A stretch of 64,000 nt of DNA from assembly GCA_016432325.1 (NCBI GenBank), contig CP066684.1, positions 1-64,000 of the forward strand, given 5' to 3'. The notes under the pieces were generated by a model. The model worked only from the letters and a program-made list of their open reading frames with translations. It made no database searches and was not told where the DNA came from. Below, one piece after another: positions 1-9,933 of the stretch (its first letter is position 1; every line of letters starts with the position of its first letter). The translations under genes were made by a program, and so were the position numbers. The stretch comes from Candidatus Aenigmatarchaeota archaeon. Its GTDB lineage: Archaea > Aenigmatarchaeota > Aenigmatarchaeia > PWEA01 > JACQIF01.

Positions 1-1
1 C

Positions 2-2722
2 AGTTCGGGCCTGACGCTCCGAGACCAGAACGGTGCGGGCGTGCTTTACGTGAACGGGGGGAACGTGGGCATCGGGAATGCGATCCCCGGATACAAACTT
101 GATGTTTCTGGGAGCGTCAGGGTCAATGGCCCCTTTCTTGTTAACGACCAATATGCCATTGCAACAGACGCTTCCACGATATCCGTTGGCGATATAGTCA
201 GTTCCGACGGGTTAAGAAATCTCAACCTGAAGGCCGGCGATACAAGCGCGATATTTGCAACAACCGGAGGCAACGTCGGCATCGGGACGACGAGCCCTGG
301 AGCGAAGTTGACAGTATCTGCCGACGCCGCTGCTGGCAACGATGCAGTTAGAATAACCGATGCGTCTGGTAACGATTACGGCGCATTGCAACCCAATAAC
401 GGAGTTACAATCCTTAGAACGAATAATCAACCGTTGGCCTTCAAAACTAATGGTGCTGAACGTATTAGGATAGACACGAACGGTAACGTCGGCATCGGGA
501 CGGCGAGTCCGGGGGCTCCTCTTGAAGTGGAGAAGGATGCTTTGGGTCTCCTTCGCATTGAGAGAATAACCACAACCCCCGCCCAATTTGACTTCAACAT
601 TCAGCCAATAATGAGTGGCGATAATTCAGATCTCCAAATAATTCCCAACACGAATGCAGTGGGTCAAAGCTTCTACGTGCGTGATTCAGCAGGAACTCCA
701 ATCTTTGGTATGGGCATAGATCGCGGCGGCAGAGTCGGGATTGGGACCCAAAGCCCAGTCTCAGGCTACCTCCTCGACGTCAACGGTGCGCTGCGCGTGA
801 ACGGCGTCGCCTACGCTGAAAACGGCGTCGACTTCGGCTCCGCAGGCTCTGGTTGGAGCAACATAGTTGTGAGCGATGGAGGTGGTATAAATGGCGGAGG
901 CGGCAACTCCGTTTTAATCAACAGCGAAGGTGGCATTCGATTCAAGGCTAACGCAGGCAACAGCGCGCCCCATTCGATATTCGAGATGCCAGTGGTCTTC
1001 CAGTCGAATGGCGTCTTCTCCAAGCCCGTCGTGAACATAATAGCGGACGGCACATACGGCAATCCGGCGCGGACGGCGCTGCGAGTTGAGGGAAGCAACG
1101 CGAATCCCATAGTTGACGTTTATTCGGGCAGCAGCAGCGTCTTCAAGATAACAAGCGCGGGCAGCGTACTCGTTCCCAACCTCGCCAGCTGCGATACGAT
1201 TGACACGGACTCGACGGGCAAACTTGTTTGCGGGACGGATGACGGCGGTGTCACGGGCGGCTCCGCAGGCAAGGTCGCCTTCTGGACCTCGGGCTCCGCG
1301 CTCAGCAACAACGCCAACTTCGCGTGGGACAACACGAACACACGGCTCGGAATAGGAACGGCGAGCCCAACGGCGACCCTTGATGTAAACGGTGCGGCGC
1401 TTGTTCGCGGCACCCTCCACGCGGACTATCCTGATCAAACACTATTTGTTGACGGTCCCAATAACCGCGTCGGCGTCGGAACTTCAAGCCCGCAGCAGAA
1501 ACTGAGCGTCAGCGGAAACGCAGTTGTGGACCAAAACAATGCCAACATAGGCTCCGCGCCCAGCCTGCTCCTCGGCTCTTCTGGCGACGTCGGCTTCGGT
1601 TCCAAGCGCAACACAGGCGGGAACTACAACGGACTTGACCTCTATACGGCTTATCTCGCAAGAATGAGCATTACAAGCGGCGGCAACGTCGGCATCGGCA
1701 CGACAAGCCCGTCGACCAAGCTCCACGTTGCTGGCAATGCGCGCATAACAGGTCTTGCAAGCTGTGACACGATAGACACAGATGCCTCAGGAAACCTCGT
1801 ATGCGGAACAGACGCCTCGGGCTCCAGTGGCCTGCCTGCTGGCACGTCCGGCCAGACGCTCCGCCACGACGGAACGAGCTGGGTTGCAAACAACTTCCTC
1901 TACAACGACGGTTCGCGCGTCGATGTCGGTAGCGGCGGCGTGGGCGACGCAAAATGGAAGCTCGGTGTCACGAACGTTGCGAATACCGGCGGCCTGAAGA
2001 TAGCAGGAGGAGGTAACGTCAATTCCGTGCAGATAGCGCTATCTACCCCGAGCCCGCAATTCGCTGGCAATACCAACTGGGCCATAGCGACCAACTACAA
2101 CAACCCCGGTCTTGAGTTCTTGGAATCTACTTCGTACACGACAGACCCGACGATCTCGAGGTTGTTCATGGGACAAGGAGGCAAGGTGGGAATCGGCACT
2201 ACAAGCCCATCCTATAAATTGGATGTCCAGGCAAGTGGCAGTGACAGCGGAATACGTTCGACGGTGTCAAGCGGAGGCAACGCTATTTACGGTCTCAATA
2301 CAGCGGGGTCTTACGGTGTGTTTGGTGAAGCGAATGGTGCGGGTAGCTATGGGATTTTCTGCGATGCGACGTCTTCTACGGGGCTATGTGGCGGCAATCG
2401 TGCATGGTCGGTTACATCGGATGCCCGTCTTAAGAATAATGTAATAACGATAGACAGCGCACTCGACAAGGTGCAAAAACTTCGCGGAGTGAGGTTCAAC
2501 TGGAAAGACGACCCGACAAATACCCCGCAAATCGGATTCGTCGCTCAGGAAGTAGCGCCTATTGTGCCGGAAATCGTCGTCAAGGATACGAGAGGATATT
2601 ATACGGTGAAGCAGAGCGAGCTCACCGCGCTGCTGGTCGAGGCGATGAAGGAACAGCAGAAGCAGATAGAGACCCTGCAGGTCGAAGTAGCCCTTCTCAA
2701 GGCCCGGCAAGCTGTCGGCTAA
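2..2722 (+). CDS. Tail-fibre-like repeat surface protein with C-terminal peptidase S74 (intramolecular chaperone) domain; 5' end outside window
   Basis: Frame open from base 2; many GNVGIGTxxP repeats; C-terminal SDARLKNNV...LRGVRFNWK...IGFVAQEV...LLVEAMKEQQKQI signature. Confidence 0.85.
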   Translation, partial: SSGLTLRDQNGAGVLYVNGGNVGIGNAIPGYKLDVSGSVRVNGPFLVNDQYAIATDASTISVGDIVSSDGLRNLNLKAGDTSAIFATTGGNVGIGTTSPGAKLTVSADAAAGNDAVRITDASGNDYGALQPNNGVTILRTNNQPLAFKTNGAERIRIDTNGNVGIGTASPGAPLEVEKDALGLLRIERITTTPAQFDFNIQPIMSGDNSDLQIIPNTNAVGQSFYVRDSAGTPIFGMGIDRGGRVGIGTQSPVSGYLLDVNGALRVNGVAYAENGVDFGSAGSGWSNIVVSDGGGINGGGGNSVLINSEGGIRFKANAGNSAPHSIFEMPVVFQSNGVFSKPVVNIIADGTYGNPARTALRVEGSNANPIVDVYSGSSSVFKITSAGSVLVPNLASCDTIDTDSTGKLVCGTDDGGVTGGSAGKVAFWTSGSALSNNANFAWDNTNTRLGIGTASPTATLDVNGAALVRGTLHADYPDQTLFVDGPNNRVGVGTSSPQQKLSVSGNAVVDQNNANIGSAPSLLLGSSGDVGFGSKRNTGGNYNGLDLYTAYLARMSITSGGNVGIGTTSPSTKLHVAGNARITGLASCDTIDTDASGNLVCGTDASGSSGLPAGTSGQTLRHDGTSWVANNFLYNDGSRVDVGSGGVGDAKWKLGVTNVANTGGLKIAGGGNVNSVQIALSTPSPQFAGNTNWAIATNYNNPGLEFLESTSYTTDPTISRLFMGQGGKVGIGTTSPSYKLDVQASGSDSGIRSTVSSGGNAIYGLNTAGSYGVFGEANGAGSYGIFCDATSSTGLCGGNRAWSVTSDARLKNNVITIDSALDKVQKLRGVRFNWKDDPTNTPQIGFVAQEVAPIVPEIVVKDTRGYYTVKQSELTALLVEAMKEQQKQIETLQVEVALLKARQAVG

Positions 2723-2754
2723 ACGTTTAAGAACAGGAGCGCCGAAAACGAGAC

Positions 2755-4608
2755 ATGAAGCACGCGTTAGCGGTGTTCCTCGTCCTGCTCATCGTACCGT
2801 TTCCTGTCCTCGCCCAGGAGCGCTTCGTGCCTCAGGATACGAGCGTTCTGGACGCGCGCGTGACGTTCTCTGGAAATGTCCAGGCGACGTCCGCGTTGCG
2901 GGACCTTAACGTATCTGTTTACGCGCTGCCGACATCTGCGAGCTCCGTGGACGTGTCCGCCCCGTACACGAAAGAGGCGGACGCGCAGGGCAACGAGCGG
3001 CTCGTTCTCCAGTGGCACGACGTTTCGAGCGCTTCGTACGAAGTCGAGACGCGCGTATCCAATCGTGCGCGCCTCGAGGGCGCCAAGCGGGTCGATTTCC
3101 CCTACAGCCCGCCGCGGAGCGTTCTGAAGTATCTGGCGCCGACGCCCACGTCCGTCGTGACGCCGGATGTGCGGGGCAAGGCTCTCGAGCTGACGCAGGG
3201 CGCGGAGAACGGTTTCGAGGCCGTTACTGCGCTTTCGACTTGGATACACGAGAACGTGAAATACGACATTCGGTATGCGGGAAAATATCTTGACGCGCAG
3301 GAGGTTCTGAATGGAAAGGTCGGAGTCTGCGCGGAGTTCACGACCCTCCTGGTTTCTATGTCTCGCGCCGCAGGGATCCCCGCGCGTACGGTGGGCGGAG
3401 TCATCTACGGGCCTGACGGCAACTGGAACTATCACGCCTGGGCAGAAGTGTACCTCGACGGCTGGGTGCCTGTCGACCCGACGTGGAACGAGATAGGATG
3501 GCTGGACGCATCCCACATCGACGTCGGAACGTTCGACGACCTCAACAGGCTCAAGACGCAGATAAATTATACGTATACTGGAGCGAGACCGACTTTGCAG
3601 ACGACGCCCGTTGGCGTGGACGTCGAAGTCATACGCACCGAGCCCATGGAGAAGGTTTTCGACGTCGCGGCAGAGACGTATCCGAACGAGATAGGCATCG
3701 GAGACGCGGCGGTTGTTGAAGTGCGAACGACTACATCGACTCCGGGTTGCATAGCAACGTCTACGGAAGTCACGTCGAGCGTCGACCGCGACGGCAACGA
3801 TGTTGTCGAGGTGACGGATCCGGTGACGCTTGCCGTTTGTCCTGGAGAGCGTTCGACAGCACATTTCGTTCTGGAGTCCAAGGACGTGCGTTCCGGATTC
3901 GACTCGAATACGATCGGCATCTCGCGCGTGGCGCAGATAAGGCCTTTCCTTGGAAACGACATAGATGTTGATTTGTCCGTAGACTTCAACGACGCAGACA
4001 CGTCAGACCTCGATCTTGTCGTAGACAGCGCAACCGCGCAGAAGGGAGACAGAATAGGTTTCGAAGTGCGCACGAACGCGGGAGACTACCGCGTCTATTC
4101 TGACTTGCCGATGCACGGGGATTACGTGACGGCCGAGCGCACGGGCGACCACTACATAATAGCCGCCGCAAGCAGCGGAGAGGTCGTCCGCAAGGAGATA
4201 ACCGTTAAAGAAAACCTGCCGTTTAAGGTGACGAGCGTGGAGAAGCCGCAACGCGTCTCGTGCGGCGACTCATTCGAACTGACGCTGACCGTGCAGAATC
4301 TCAAGGACTACTTCCAGGATATTGACGTCAGGGCAACGGCCAGCGACGAACTCGAAATGGAAGAGTCTTTTACGGAGCGCGTGGAAAAAGGCGAGACGAG
4401 TCAGATTACGATAGCAGGCAAAGTCGCGGAGGAGTGCTCCGGAGCAGACCAGGTCGTCAGCGTCTCTCTTGGAGACCAGAGCGTTCATGAGACCATAAAC
4501 GTGGAGACGGCCGGATCTTTGGGCGGAGGAACCGCCGGCGGAATCTTCGATGCCATAGCCTCGTTCCTCAGGGCAATCGCGGATTTCCTTGCGTCGCTGT
4601 TTTCCTGA
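2755..4608 (+). CDS. Exported transglutaminase-like domain protein
   Basis: Signal peptide; triad motifs GVCAEFT, YHAWAEVY, VDPT; amphipathic C-terminal tail. Confidence 0.85.
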   Translation: MKHALAVFLVLLIVPFPVLAQERFVPQDTSVLDARVTFSGNVQATSALRDLNVSVYALPTSASSVDVSAPYTKEADAQGNERLVLQWHDVSSASYEVETRVSNRARLEGAKRVDFPYSPPRSVLKYLAPTPTSVVTPDVRGKALELTQGAENGFEAVTALSTWIHENVKYDIRYAGKYLDAQEVLNGKVGVCAEFTTLLVSMSRAAGIPARTVGGVIYGPDGNWNYHAWAEVYLDGWVPVDPTWNEIGWLDASHIDVGTFDDLNRLKTQINYTYTGARPTLQTTPVGVDVEVIRTEPMEKVFDVAAETYPNEIGIGDAAVVEVRTTTSTPGCIATSTEVTSSVDRDGNDVVEVTDPVTLAVCPGERSTAHFVLESKDVRSGFDSNTIGISRVAQIRPFLGNDIDVDLSVDFNDADTSDLDLVVDSATAQKGDRIGFEVRTNAGDYRVYSDLPMHGDYVTAERTGDHYIIAAASSGEVVRKEITVKENLPFKVTSVEKPQRVSCGDSFELTLTVQNLKDYFQDIDVRATASDELEMEESFTERVEKGETSQITIAGKVAEECSGADQVVSVSLGDQSVHETINVETAGSLGGGTAGGIFDAIASFLRAIADFLASLFS

Positions 4609-4830
4609 TCGGCGAAAGGTTCGTCGTTCGCTGAAGTCTGCTTTAAGTACCCTCCTGAGAATATCATGGTGCGAGGGGGTCAGTAGGCAACAAAAAGGGT
4701 GCGTCGAACTGCTTTACGTCATCTGTTGTAGGAAGGTTTATATTTAACTAAGTGTATAGTATAGACGAGCGGGGGCAGACAAACGACAGGTTTGCTGGTC
4801 TCTAATTGAACGAACGTTTAGTAGAGTGGG

Positions 4831-5355
4831 GTGGTTGTTGTGGTAGGTCTTGAGGAGATTCCGGTATGCAGAATGTGTTTGGAACCAGTATTCTATTCGA
4901 TATGCACGGACTGTCTGTTCAGGGATCTGAACAGGTGGCTGGAAGACAAAGCGCCGTTCATCGCCATCGAAGTCATGGAAGCGCATGACGGCCTCACGCA
5001 CTCGTTCCCCGACTCCGAGGACAATGTTGAGATGTGCGTCCGTTGCCGCGAGACAACGCATAACGTGATGTGCCCCTACTGCTACATACGCGAGATATAC
5101 CACGAGCTGCGCATGATAGACGAAGTCACGGCAGAGGAGCTTCTGCAGGATTTCAATTTCGATTTCGAAGGCAACGGCTACTTCGGCGAGCTGCCGTGGA
5201 GCCCCATCGGGTTCACGCACGTGCGCGCCTCCCACGGAACATGCGAAACATGCGGCAACGACAGCGACCGTTTGCTGGAATGGGGAGGCCATTTCATGTG
5301 CACGGGATGTCTGGAAGGCGAAGAGGAATATTGGAAACTGGCGCATGGAGGATAA
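4831..5355 (+). CDS. Cys-rich multi-zinc-finger hypothetical protein
   Basis: Six CxxC motifs (CRMC, CTDC, CVRC, CPYC, CETC, CTGC). Confidence 0.65.
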   Translation: MVVVVGLEEIPVCRMCLEPVFYSICTDCLFRDLNRWLEDKAPFIAIEVMEAHDGLTHSFPDSEDNVEMCVRCRETTHNVMCPYCYIREIYHELRMIDEVTAEELLQDFNFDFEGNGYFGELPWSPIGFTHVRASHGTCETCGNDSDRLLEWGGHFMCTGCLEGEEEYWKLAHGG

Positions 5356-5505
5356 TAACAATCGGAAGCTTGAAACCGTGGTTTCAAGATTCCTTGCTTG
5401 GAAATATGACAGGAAGTCTCGGTGCAACTCGAACCAGGAAGTTCGAAACTGGGTCGTGCGTGGTGCCAAACGGCCGAGTGCCGATAAGACTTTCGGGACC
5501 GAACG

Positions 5506-5829
5506 GTGAAAAAAATGAAGAGCGGACATGTAGGAATAGGAGAGTCTTTCGGAATCGTGTCCTTGGCCTTTGCGGCGCAGGACGTTCACTTTCCGATAGA
5601 CAAGAACGATTTGATTGAGGAGATTGGGCAGAAGAAGATTCTATGGACGAGAAACCAGATCCTTGACATGAGAAAGGTGCTGCGCGAGGCGGATGCGAGG
5701 GAGTTCGAGAACTTCACTGACCTTCTCTCTGCGGTGTCGCACCACAGGGACAGATCGCTGAAGCAGCTAACCGATTTCAAGCGCTCGCGCTTGAAACTTT
5801 CGGACACGGGTCCGAAAGCGTTTACCTAA
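5506..5829 (+). CDS. Hypothetical protein
   Basis: 107-aa ORF with protein-like composition, convergent with ftsY. Confidence 0.55.
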   Translation: MKKMKSGHVGIGESFGIVSLAFAAQDVHFPIDKNDLIEEIGQKKILWTRNQILDMRKVLREADAREFENFTDLLSAVSHHRDRSLKQLTDFKRSRLKLSDTGPKAFT

Positions 5830-7001
5830 TCGAGCAGCGCCTTGAGAATCTTCTGCGAGTCGAAGCGCTCCAGATCGCCGTAAGCCTGTCCGATTCCCAT
5901 GTAGTATATCGGTTTGCCGATGGTGTGCGCCACGCTCAACGCGGCGCCGCCTTTCTCGTTGACGTCCATCTTTGTTAAGATGACTCCGTCCACTCCCACG
6001 CTCGTTGCGAACGCGCGGGCCTGCTCGACGGCGTCATTGCCGGTTAGCGAGTCAACTATCAGAATCTTCTTGTCCGGTTTTATCACGCGCATTATCTTGT
6101 GAAGTTCGTCCATCAGGTTCTTGTTGGTGTGCGCTCGGCCGGCCGTGTCTGCGAGAACTACGTCCAGAGCATGCGTTTCAGCGTAATTGACAGCGTCGTA
6201 TATCACTGCCGTGGCGTCAGAGCCGTAGTCTTGTTTCACCACGCGCACGCCCAACGCCTCGCCGTGCTTCTCAAGCTGTTGTATCGCCGCTGCGCGCCAC
6301 GTGTCCCCTGCCGCAAGCACGCACTTCAAGCCGCTCTTCTCCAGCGCGTACGCGAGCCGCGCGATTGTCGTCGTCTTGCCCGCGCCGTTGAATCCGAGGA
6401 AAACCAGCTTGTACGGACGCTTCGCCTTCTTGATTTCCTTGATTAGGTCGACCTCTTCTTGCTGCAGCACGTCAGCGACGGCGTCGCGGAGGCTCTTCTC
6501 GACAAGTTCTTCCACATGGCCGCGCTTCACCTCAGAACCGTTCAAATCTTCCCGGATCTTCGAACATATCTTCTCTGCCGTCTCGACAGCCACGTCGCTT
6601 TCCAGAAGGCCGACCTGCAAATCCCAGAGGACTTTGTTCAGTTCCTCGTCTTCGAGAGTCTTCTTGGTCAGGCTGAAGACGCGCTTCTTTACTTTCTCTT
6701 TCTTGGCCGGCGCGAGCGTTTTGTGTTCGTGTTCGATTGAAGGAGGAGGCGTTGGGATTTCGGGTTCTACGGGAACCGGCTCTTCAAGTTCGGGCCTGAG
6801 CTCTTCTTGGACAGGTTCGAGAATGTTCTCTTGCCGAATCTCGGGCTTGGCTTCTGTCGCGGGCTCCTTATGTTCAAGCTTCTCTTCGATGACTTCCTCG
6901 GCCTTTTCGACGGCCCTTTCCTCTATTTTCTCCTTCTCTTCTGCCTTGCGCGTAAGCGCGCCTATGGTCTTCTTGAGCTTGTCCTTGAGGAAGCCGAACA
7001 T
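5826..7001 (-). CDS. ftsY: Signal recognition particle receptor FtsY
   Basis: MFGFLKDKLK start, acidic N-region, GFNGAGKTTT, DTAGR, TKMD motifs. Confidence 0.97.
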   Translation of the reverse strand: MFGFLKDKLKKTIGALTRKAEEKEKIEERAVEKAEEVIEEKLEHKEPATEAKPEIRQENILEPVQEELRPELEEPVPVEPEIPTPPPSIEHEHKTLAPAKKEKVKKRVFSLTKKTLEDEELNKVLWDLQVGLLESDVAVETAEKICSKIREDLNGSEVKRGHVEELVEKSLRDAVADVLQQEEVDLIKEIKKAKRPYKLVFLGFNGAGKTTTIARLAYALEKSGLKCVLAAGDTWRAAAIQQLEKHGEALGVRVVKQDYGSDATAVIYDAVNYAETHALDVVLADTAGRAHTNKNLMDELHKIMRVIKPDKKILIVDSLTGNDAVEQARAFATSVGVDGVILTKMDVNEKGGAALSVAHTIGKPIYYMGIGQAYGDLERFDSQKILKALLD

Positions 7002-7082
7002 GTAGAGAGAATCGGCGTCGAAAGTTATATAAGGCGGCCCGGCCCGCACGGTTATTTAAAAGTTGTCTTGTAGTCAGTCCCT

Positions 7083-7916
7083 ATGAAATACGAGAGGACG
7101 CTGGCCAAAGTCATACGCGGGGCAGACAACTTCATGGAGCGCGTGGCTGCAGGCGGACCGACGAGCGTGTCGGAACTGAGAGAACACTCGGCGAACCTGT
7201 TGAACACGACGTACAGGGGCCTGAAGCGTGGCATGGCGCCTGAGGAGTTCGGTTGCGAGGAAAGGTCGGACAAGACGATACCATGCGTCTTTCATACCGC
7301 TCTCGGTCTTCAGGGATGCGCCTCCAGCAGAGAAGAGACATCACAAAAGATACCTCTGTCGGCCACGGACGCAGGCGCGACGCTTATCATGCTGAGATGT
7401 TACAAGGACGGCAGAGACATTGAATTCTTCCGGAACACGGAAAACAGAGTACAAGCGATGGGAGCGGCGGACAGTGGGTACTTCACAGAAGCGTCGGCTA
7501 TGGCGCTGGGTTTCGAGAGTGTGCACATGTTTAAAGAGGAGGACGGCGTCTTCACGAGTTCGCTCTTCGAGAAGGGCGATGACCTTCTGGCATGGGCCCA
7601 CAAGAAGCCTGACGCTTCCGCCACGTCATACACGAACATTCCGCGCTATGCCGACGGCCGCGCCGCCGACGAGAAGATGTTGCCAACGAGCCTGCGTAAT
7701 CTGGGTTTGCGCGTGGAGAACGTCGAGACTCTAAGCAAGGATGTCGTAGACTCTCTCAGAAGCGACAAGGAGAGCTTTGGCCTGGCCGTCCAGTATTACA
7801 AACGTGCAATAGACGCCGAGGCGGCTAGCATGCTTGGCGCATTATCCGGCAGTTTGATGATACCGATAGTAGTCATTTCGCCGCGGTCCACGAGAAACGA
7901 CAACTCCTACAACTAG
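7083..7916 (+). CDS. Hypothetical protein (ORFan) inserted antisense between pfdA and ftsY
   Basis: 277-aa ORF with TTTAAA box about 25 bp upstream. Confidence 0.6.
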   Translation: MKYERTLAKVIRGADNFMERVAAGGPTSVSELREHSANLLNTTYRGLKRGMAPEEFGCEERSDKTIPCVFHTALGLQGCASSREETSQKIPLSATDAGATLIMLRCYKDGRDIEFFRNTENRVQAMGAADSGYFTEASAMALGFESVHMFKEEDGVFTSSLFEKGDDLLAWAHKKPDASATSYTNIPRYADGRAADEKMLPTSLRNLGLRVENVETLSKDVVDSLRSDKESFGLAVQYYKRAIDAEAASMLGALSGSLMIPIVVISPRSTRNDNSYN

Positions 7917-8356
7917 TCCTTCTTCTGTCCCAGAGCCGCCTGTATCTCCGGTTCGAGCGCAGCCATCGTCGTTTGTACTCTCGTGAGGTCTTGGGCCAAA
8001 CGCTTTGAAAGCGACTCCATCTCGGTCTTGCGCTTTTCGAGAGTCCCGCGCGCGTCGTCGACGCTCTTCTTTCGCACGACATCGGCGCCGATGTTGACGA
8101 GAATCCCTGAAACGTCTGTAAGAGCGCCGTGCGTAAACGTACCGGAGCCGAGCGGCACGAGAATTTCGTCCCCTTTCTTCAGGCTCTTCATTCCCTCGAG
8201 CGTTCGGATGGTTTCAGAAACCTCTTCCATTCCTTCCGCGATGAGAGAGGCCTGCTTCTGCAAGGCTTCCATCTGGGCTGAAAGCATCTGGTATTGGTAG
8301 AGCAGAGCTTCTGCGGATTGTCTGCGTTCTTCGTTGGCCGTTTTCTTGTTTGCCAT
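7913..8356 (-). CDS. pfdA: Prefoldin alpha subunit
   Basis: EILVPLGSG...ILVNIGADV between coiled coils; syntenic with aIF6 and ftsY. Confidence 0.95.
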   Translation of the reverse strand: MANKKTANEERRQSAEALLYQYQMLSAQMEALQKQASLIAEGMEEVSETIRTLEGMKSLKKGDEILVPLGSGTFTHGALTDVSGILVNIGADVVRKKSVDDARGTLEKRKTEMESLSKRLAQDLTRVQTTMAALEPEIQAALGQKKD

Positions 8357-8429
8357 ACTGTACGTCACCACACAGACTTTAAATAGCGCTCTCCGTGATC
8401 TTTGAACAGCGGTTCGAAGTGCTCCAAAG

Positions 8430-9119
8430 CTATATACTTTCGGTGAAACCCAGCGCTTCGTCTATTCTCTGCAGTTCGGGGCCTGTCGTGGAGCGGGACG
8501 CGGCGAAGCCGTTGCTGTTGGCCAGCACGCCGGCGCCGACGAACGGCGAGCCGAAGGCCACGGAACCGATGTCTCCGCGGACGTGGAGAACGCGCTCTAT
8601 GTGTTCGAGTTCACGTTCAGAACAGCCGCGGTGAACGAGCACACCGCGATTGGTGGCGATGCCGCAGGAGCCCACTGTATCAAGCCCTGCGATGGAACCG
8701 ATCTCTGTTTCAACGCCGAGCGCATCCGCTATCTTTGACTTGACGGCGTGCAGCTCTTTTGATATTATGCATCCTCGGTCGTTGGCGAGTATCAGGTTGC
8801 CGAGAGCCGTTTCCTTGGTCTTCAGCATCAGAACGTTCAAATCCAGTTGATCCGCCAGCCTCTTGAGCGTGCGTAACTCATCGTCTTCCATTATCTTCGG
8901 TACCACGACGCCGTTCGCGTTTGCGGCGACGAACAGGCCGACAAGGTCCGTATCCGCGACGAGAATCCTATGGCTGCCGGTTTTGAGCACCTCTTCGAGA
9001 GGAGCTATGGCCTTCTTCTGCATGGACGAACCTGCCAATATGAATTTGTCCGTGGCGAGCGCGAAGAGGCCCAGGTTCGGGTCTCCGTGTAGGTCCGTGC
9101 GAAGTATGTGCTTCAACAT
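8430..9119 (-). CDS. eif6: Translation initiation factor 6
   Basis: PNLGLF, ALGNLILAND, GSPFVGAG, TTGPEL motifs. Confidence 0.97.
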   Translation of the reverse strand: MLKHILRTDLHGDPNLGLFALATDKFILAGSSMQKKAIAPLEEVLKTGSHRILVADTDLVGLFVAANANGVVVPKIMEDDELRTLKRLADQLDLNVLMLKTKETALGNLILANDRGCIISKELHAVKSKIADALGVETEIGSIAGLDTVGSCGIATNRGVLVHRGCSERELEHIERVLHVRGDIGSVAFGSPFVGAGVLANSNGFAASRSTTGPELQRIDEALGFTESI

Positions 9120-9153
9120 AGAGCTAGTAAGAACGTCGGTTATTTAAGCGCCA

Positions 9154-9549
9154 TCAAGAAGCCGCAAAGACTTCATCTCCCTCGTGCACGCGCTCGTTGA
9201 CGCGCATCCCTATGGATTGGCCGGGTCTCGCTTCTGTTACCTGCTCATGTTCGATTTGCATCGATGCGACGCGCTGCCTGAAGTTCGTCGAGCCGCCGCG
9301 TATGACTATCTCATCGCCCGCCTTTATCGTTGACGTCACGTCGACGACAGCGACGTTTATCTTCGGATAGAAGTGCGCGATTGTGCCGAGTTTGCGTCCG
9401 ACGGAATGAACGAGGGTCGTGGGGCCGGGCTTGGTTTGCGTCTTCGCTGCAGCCTTCTTGGGAGAGGATTTCATCGGCTTCTTTGCTGTCTTCTTGGCGG
9501 TTTTGCGCGCAGGCTTCTTAGAACTTTTCTTGGCTTTCTTCGCAGGCAT
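9154..9549 (-). CDS. Small EF-Tu domain-2-like beta-barrel protein with Lys/Ala-rich N-tail
   Basis: GTIAHFYPKINVAVV...IKAGDEI...SMQIEH...ARPGQSIG...VHEGDEVF. Confidence 0.75.
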   Translation of the reverse strand: MPAKKAKKSSKKPARKTAKKTAKKPMKSSPKKAAAKTQTKPGPTTLVHSVGRKLGTIAHFYPKINVAVVDVTSTIKAGDEIVIRGGSTNFRQRVASMQIEHEQVTEARPGQSIGMRVNERVHEGDEVFAAS

Positions 9550-9630
9550 ATCGTACACCGGTGCAGGAAAGTTCGGGGAGGTTGCTTATAAAATTACCTG
9601 TTCACGAGAATATGTATAACGGTGTTATAT

Positions 9631-9915
9631 CTACTTCTTCTCCGCAGGCGCCGCCTTTGCTTTCTTTTGGCGCAGACCTATTTTCTTCTCTCTCCAGACA
9701 AGCGCGCGCACCCGAGAAGACGCGGCTCCGTGCAGGGAGCGAACTTCGCACACTTCGGTGAGTTCGGCGTCCGCACCCACGAGTTTTGCGATTAACTGCT
9801 GCACGGTCGCGTTGGACGGCGTGGCTTCCCCGGGATGATCGATACTTACGACAAGCTCCTTCCTGTTGAACAGCTCGTTCGCACGCTCGCTGACGACCTT
9901 CAAATCGATTGCCAT
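9631..9915 (-). CDS. rps24e: 30S ribosomal protein S24e
   Basis: NELFNRKEL, HPGEATPS motifs; position downstream of spt4. Confidence 0.9.
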   Translation of the reverse strand: MAIDLKVVSERANELFNRKELVVSIDHPGEATPSNATVQQLIAKLVGADAELTEVCEVRSLHGAASSRVRALVWREKKIGLRQKKAKAAPAEKK

Positions 9916-9933
9916 TTCATGCACACCTCATAT

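Noticed and set aside
2-4608. Provirus
   Set aside because: Only the tail-fibre-like gene is present; downstream genes are cellular; upstream sequence is not visible
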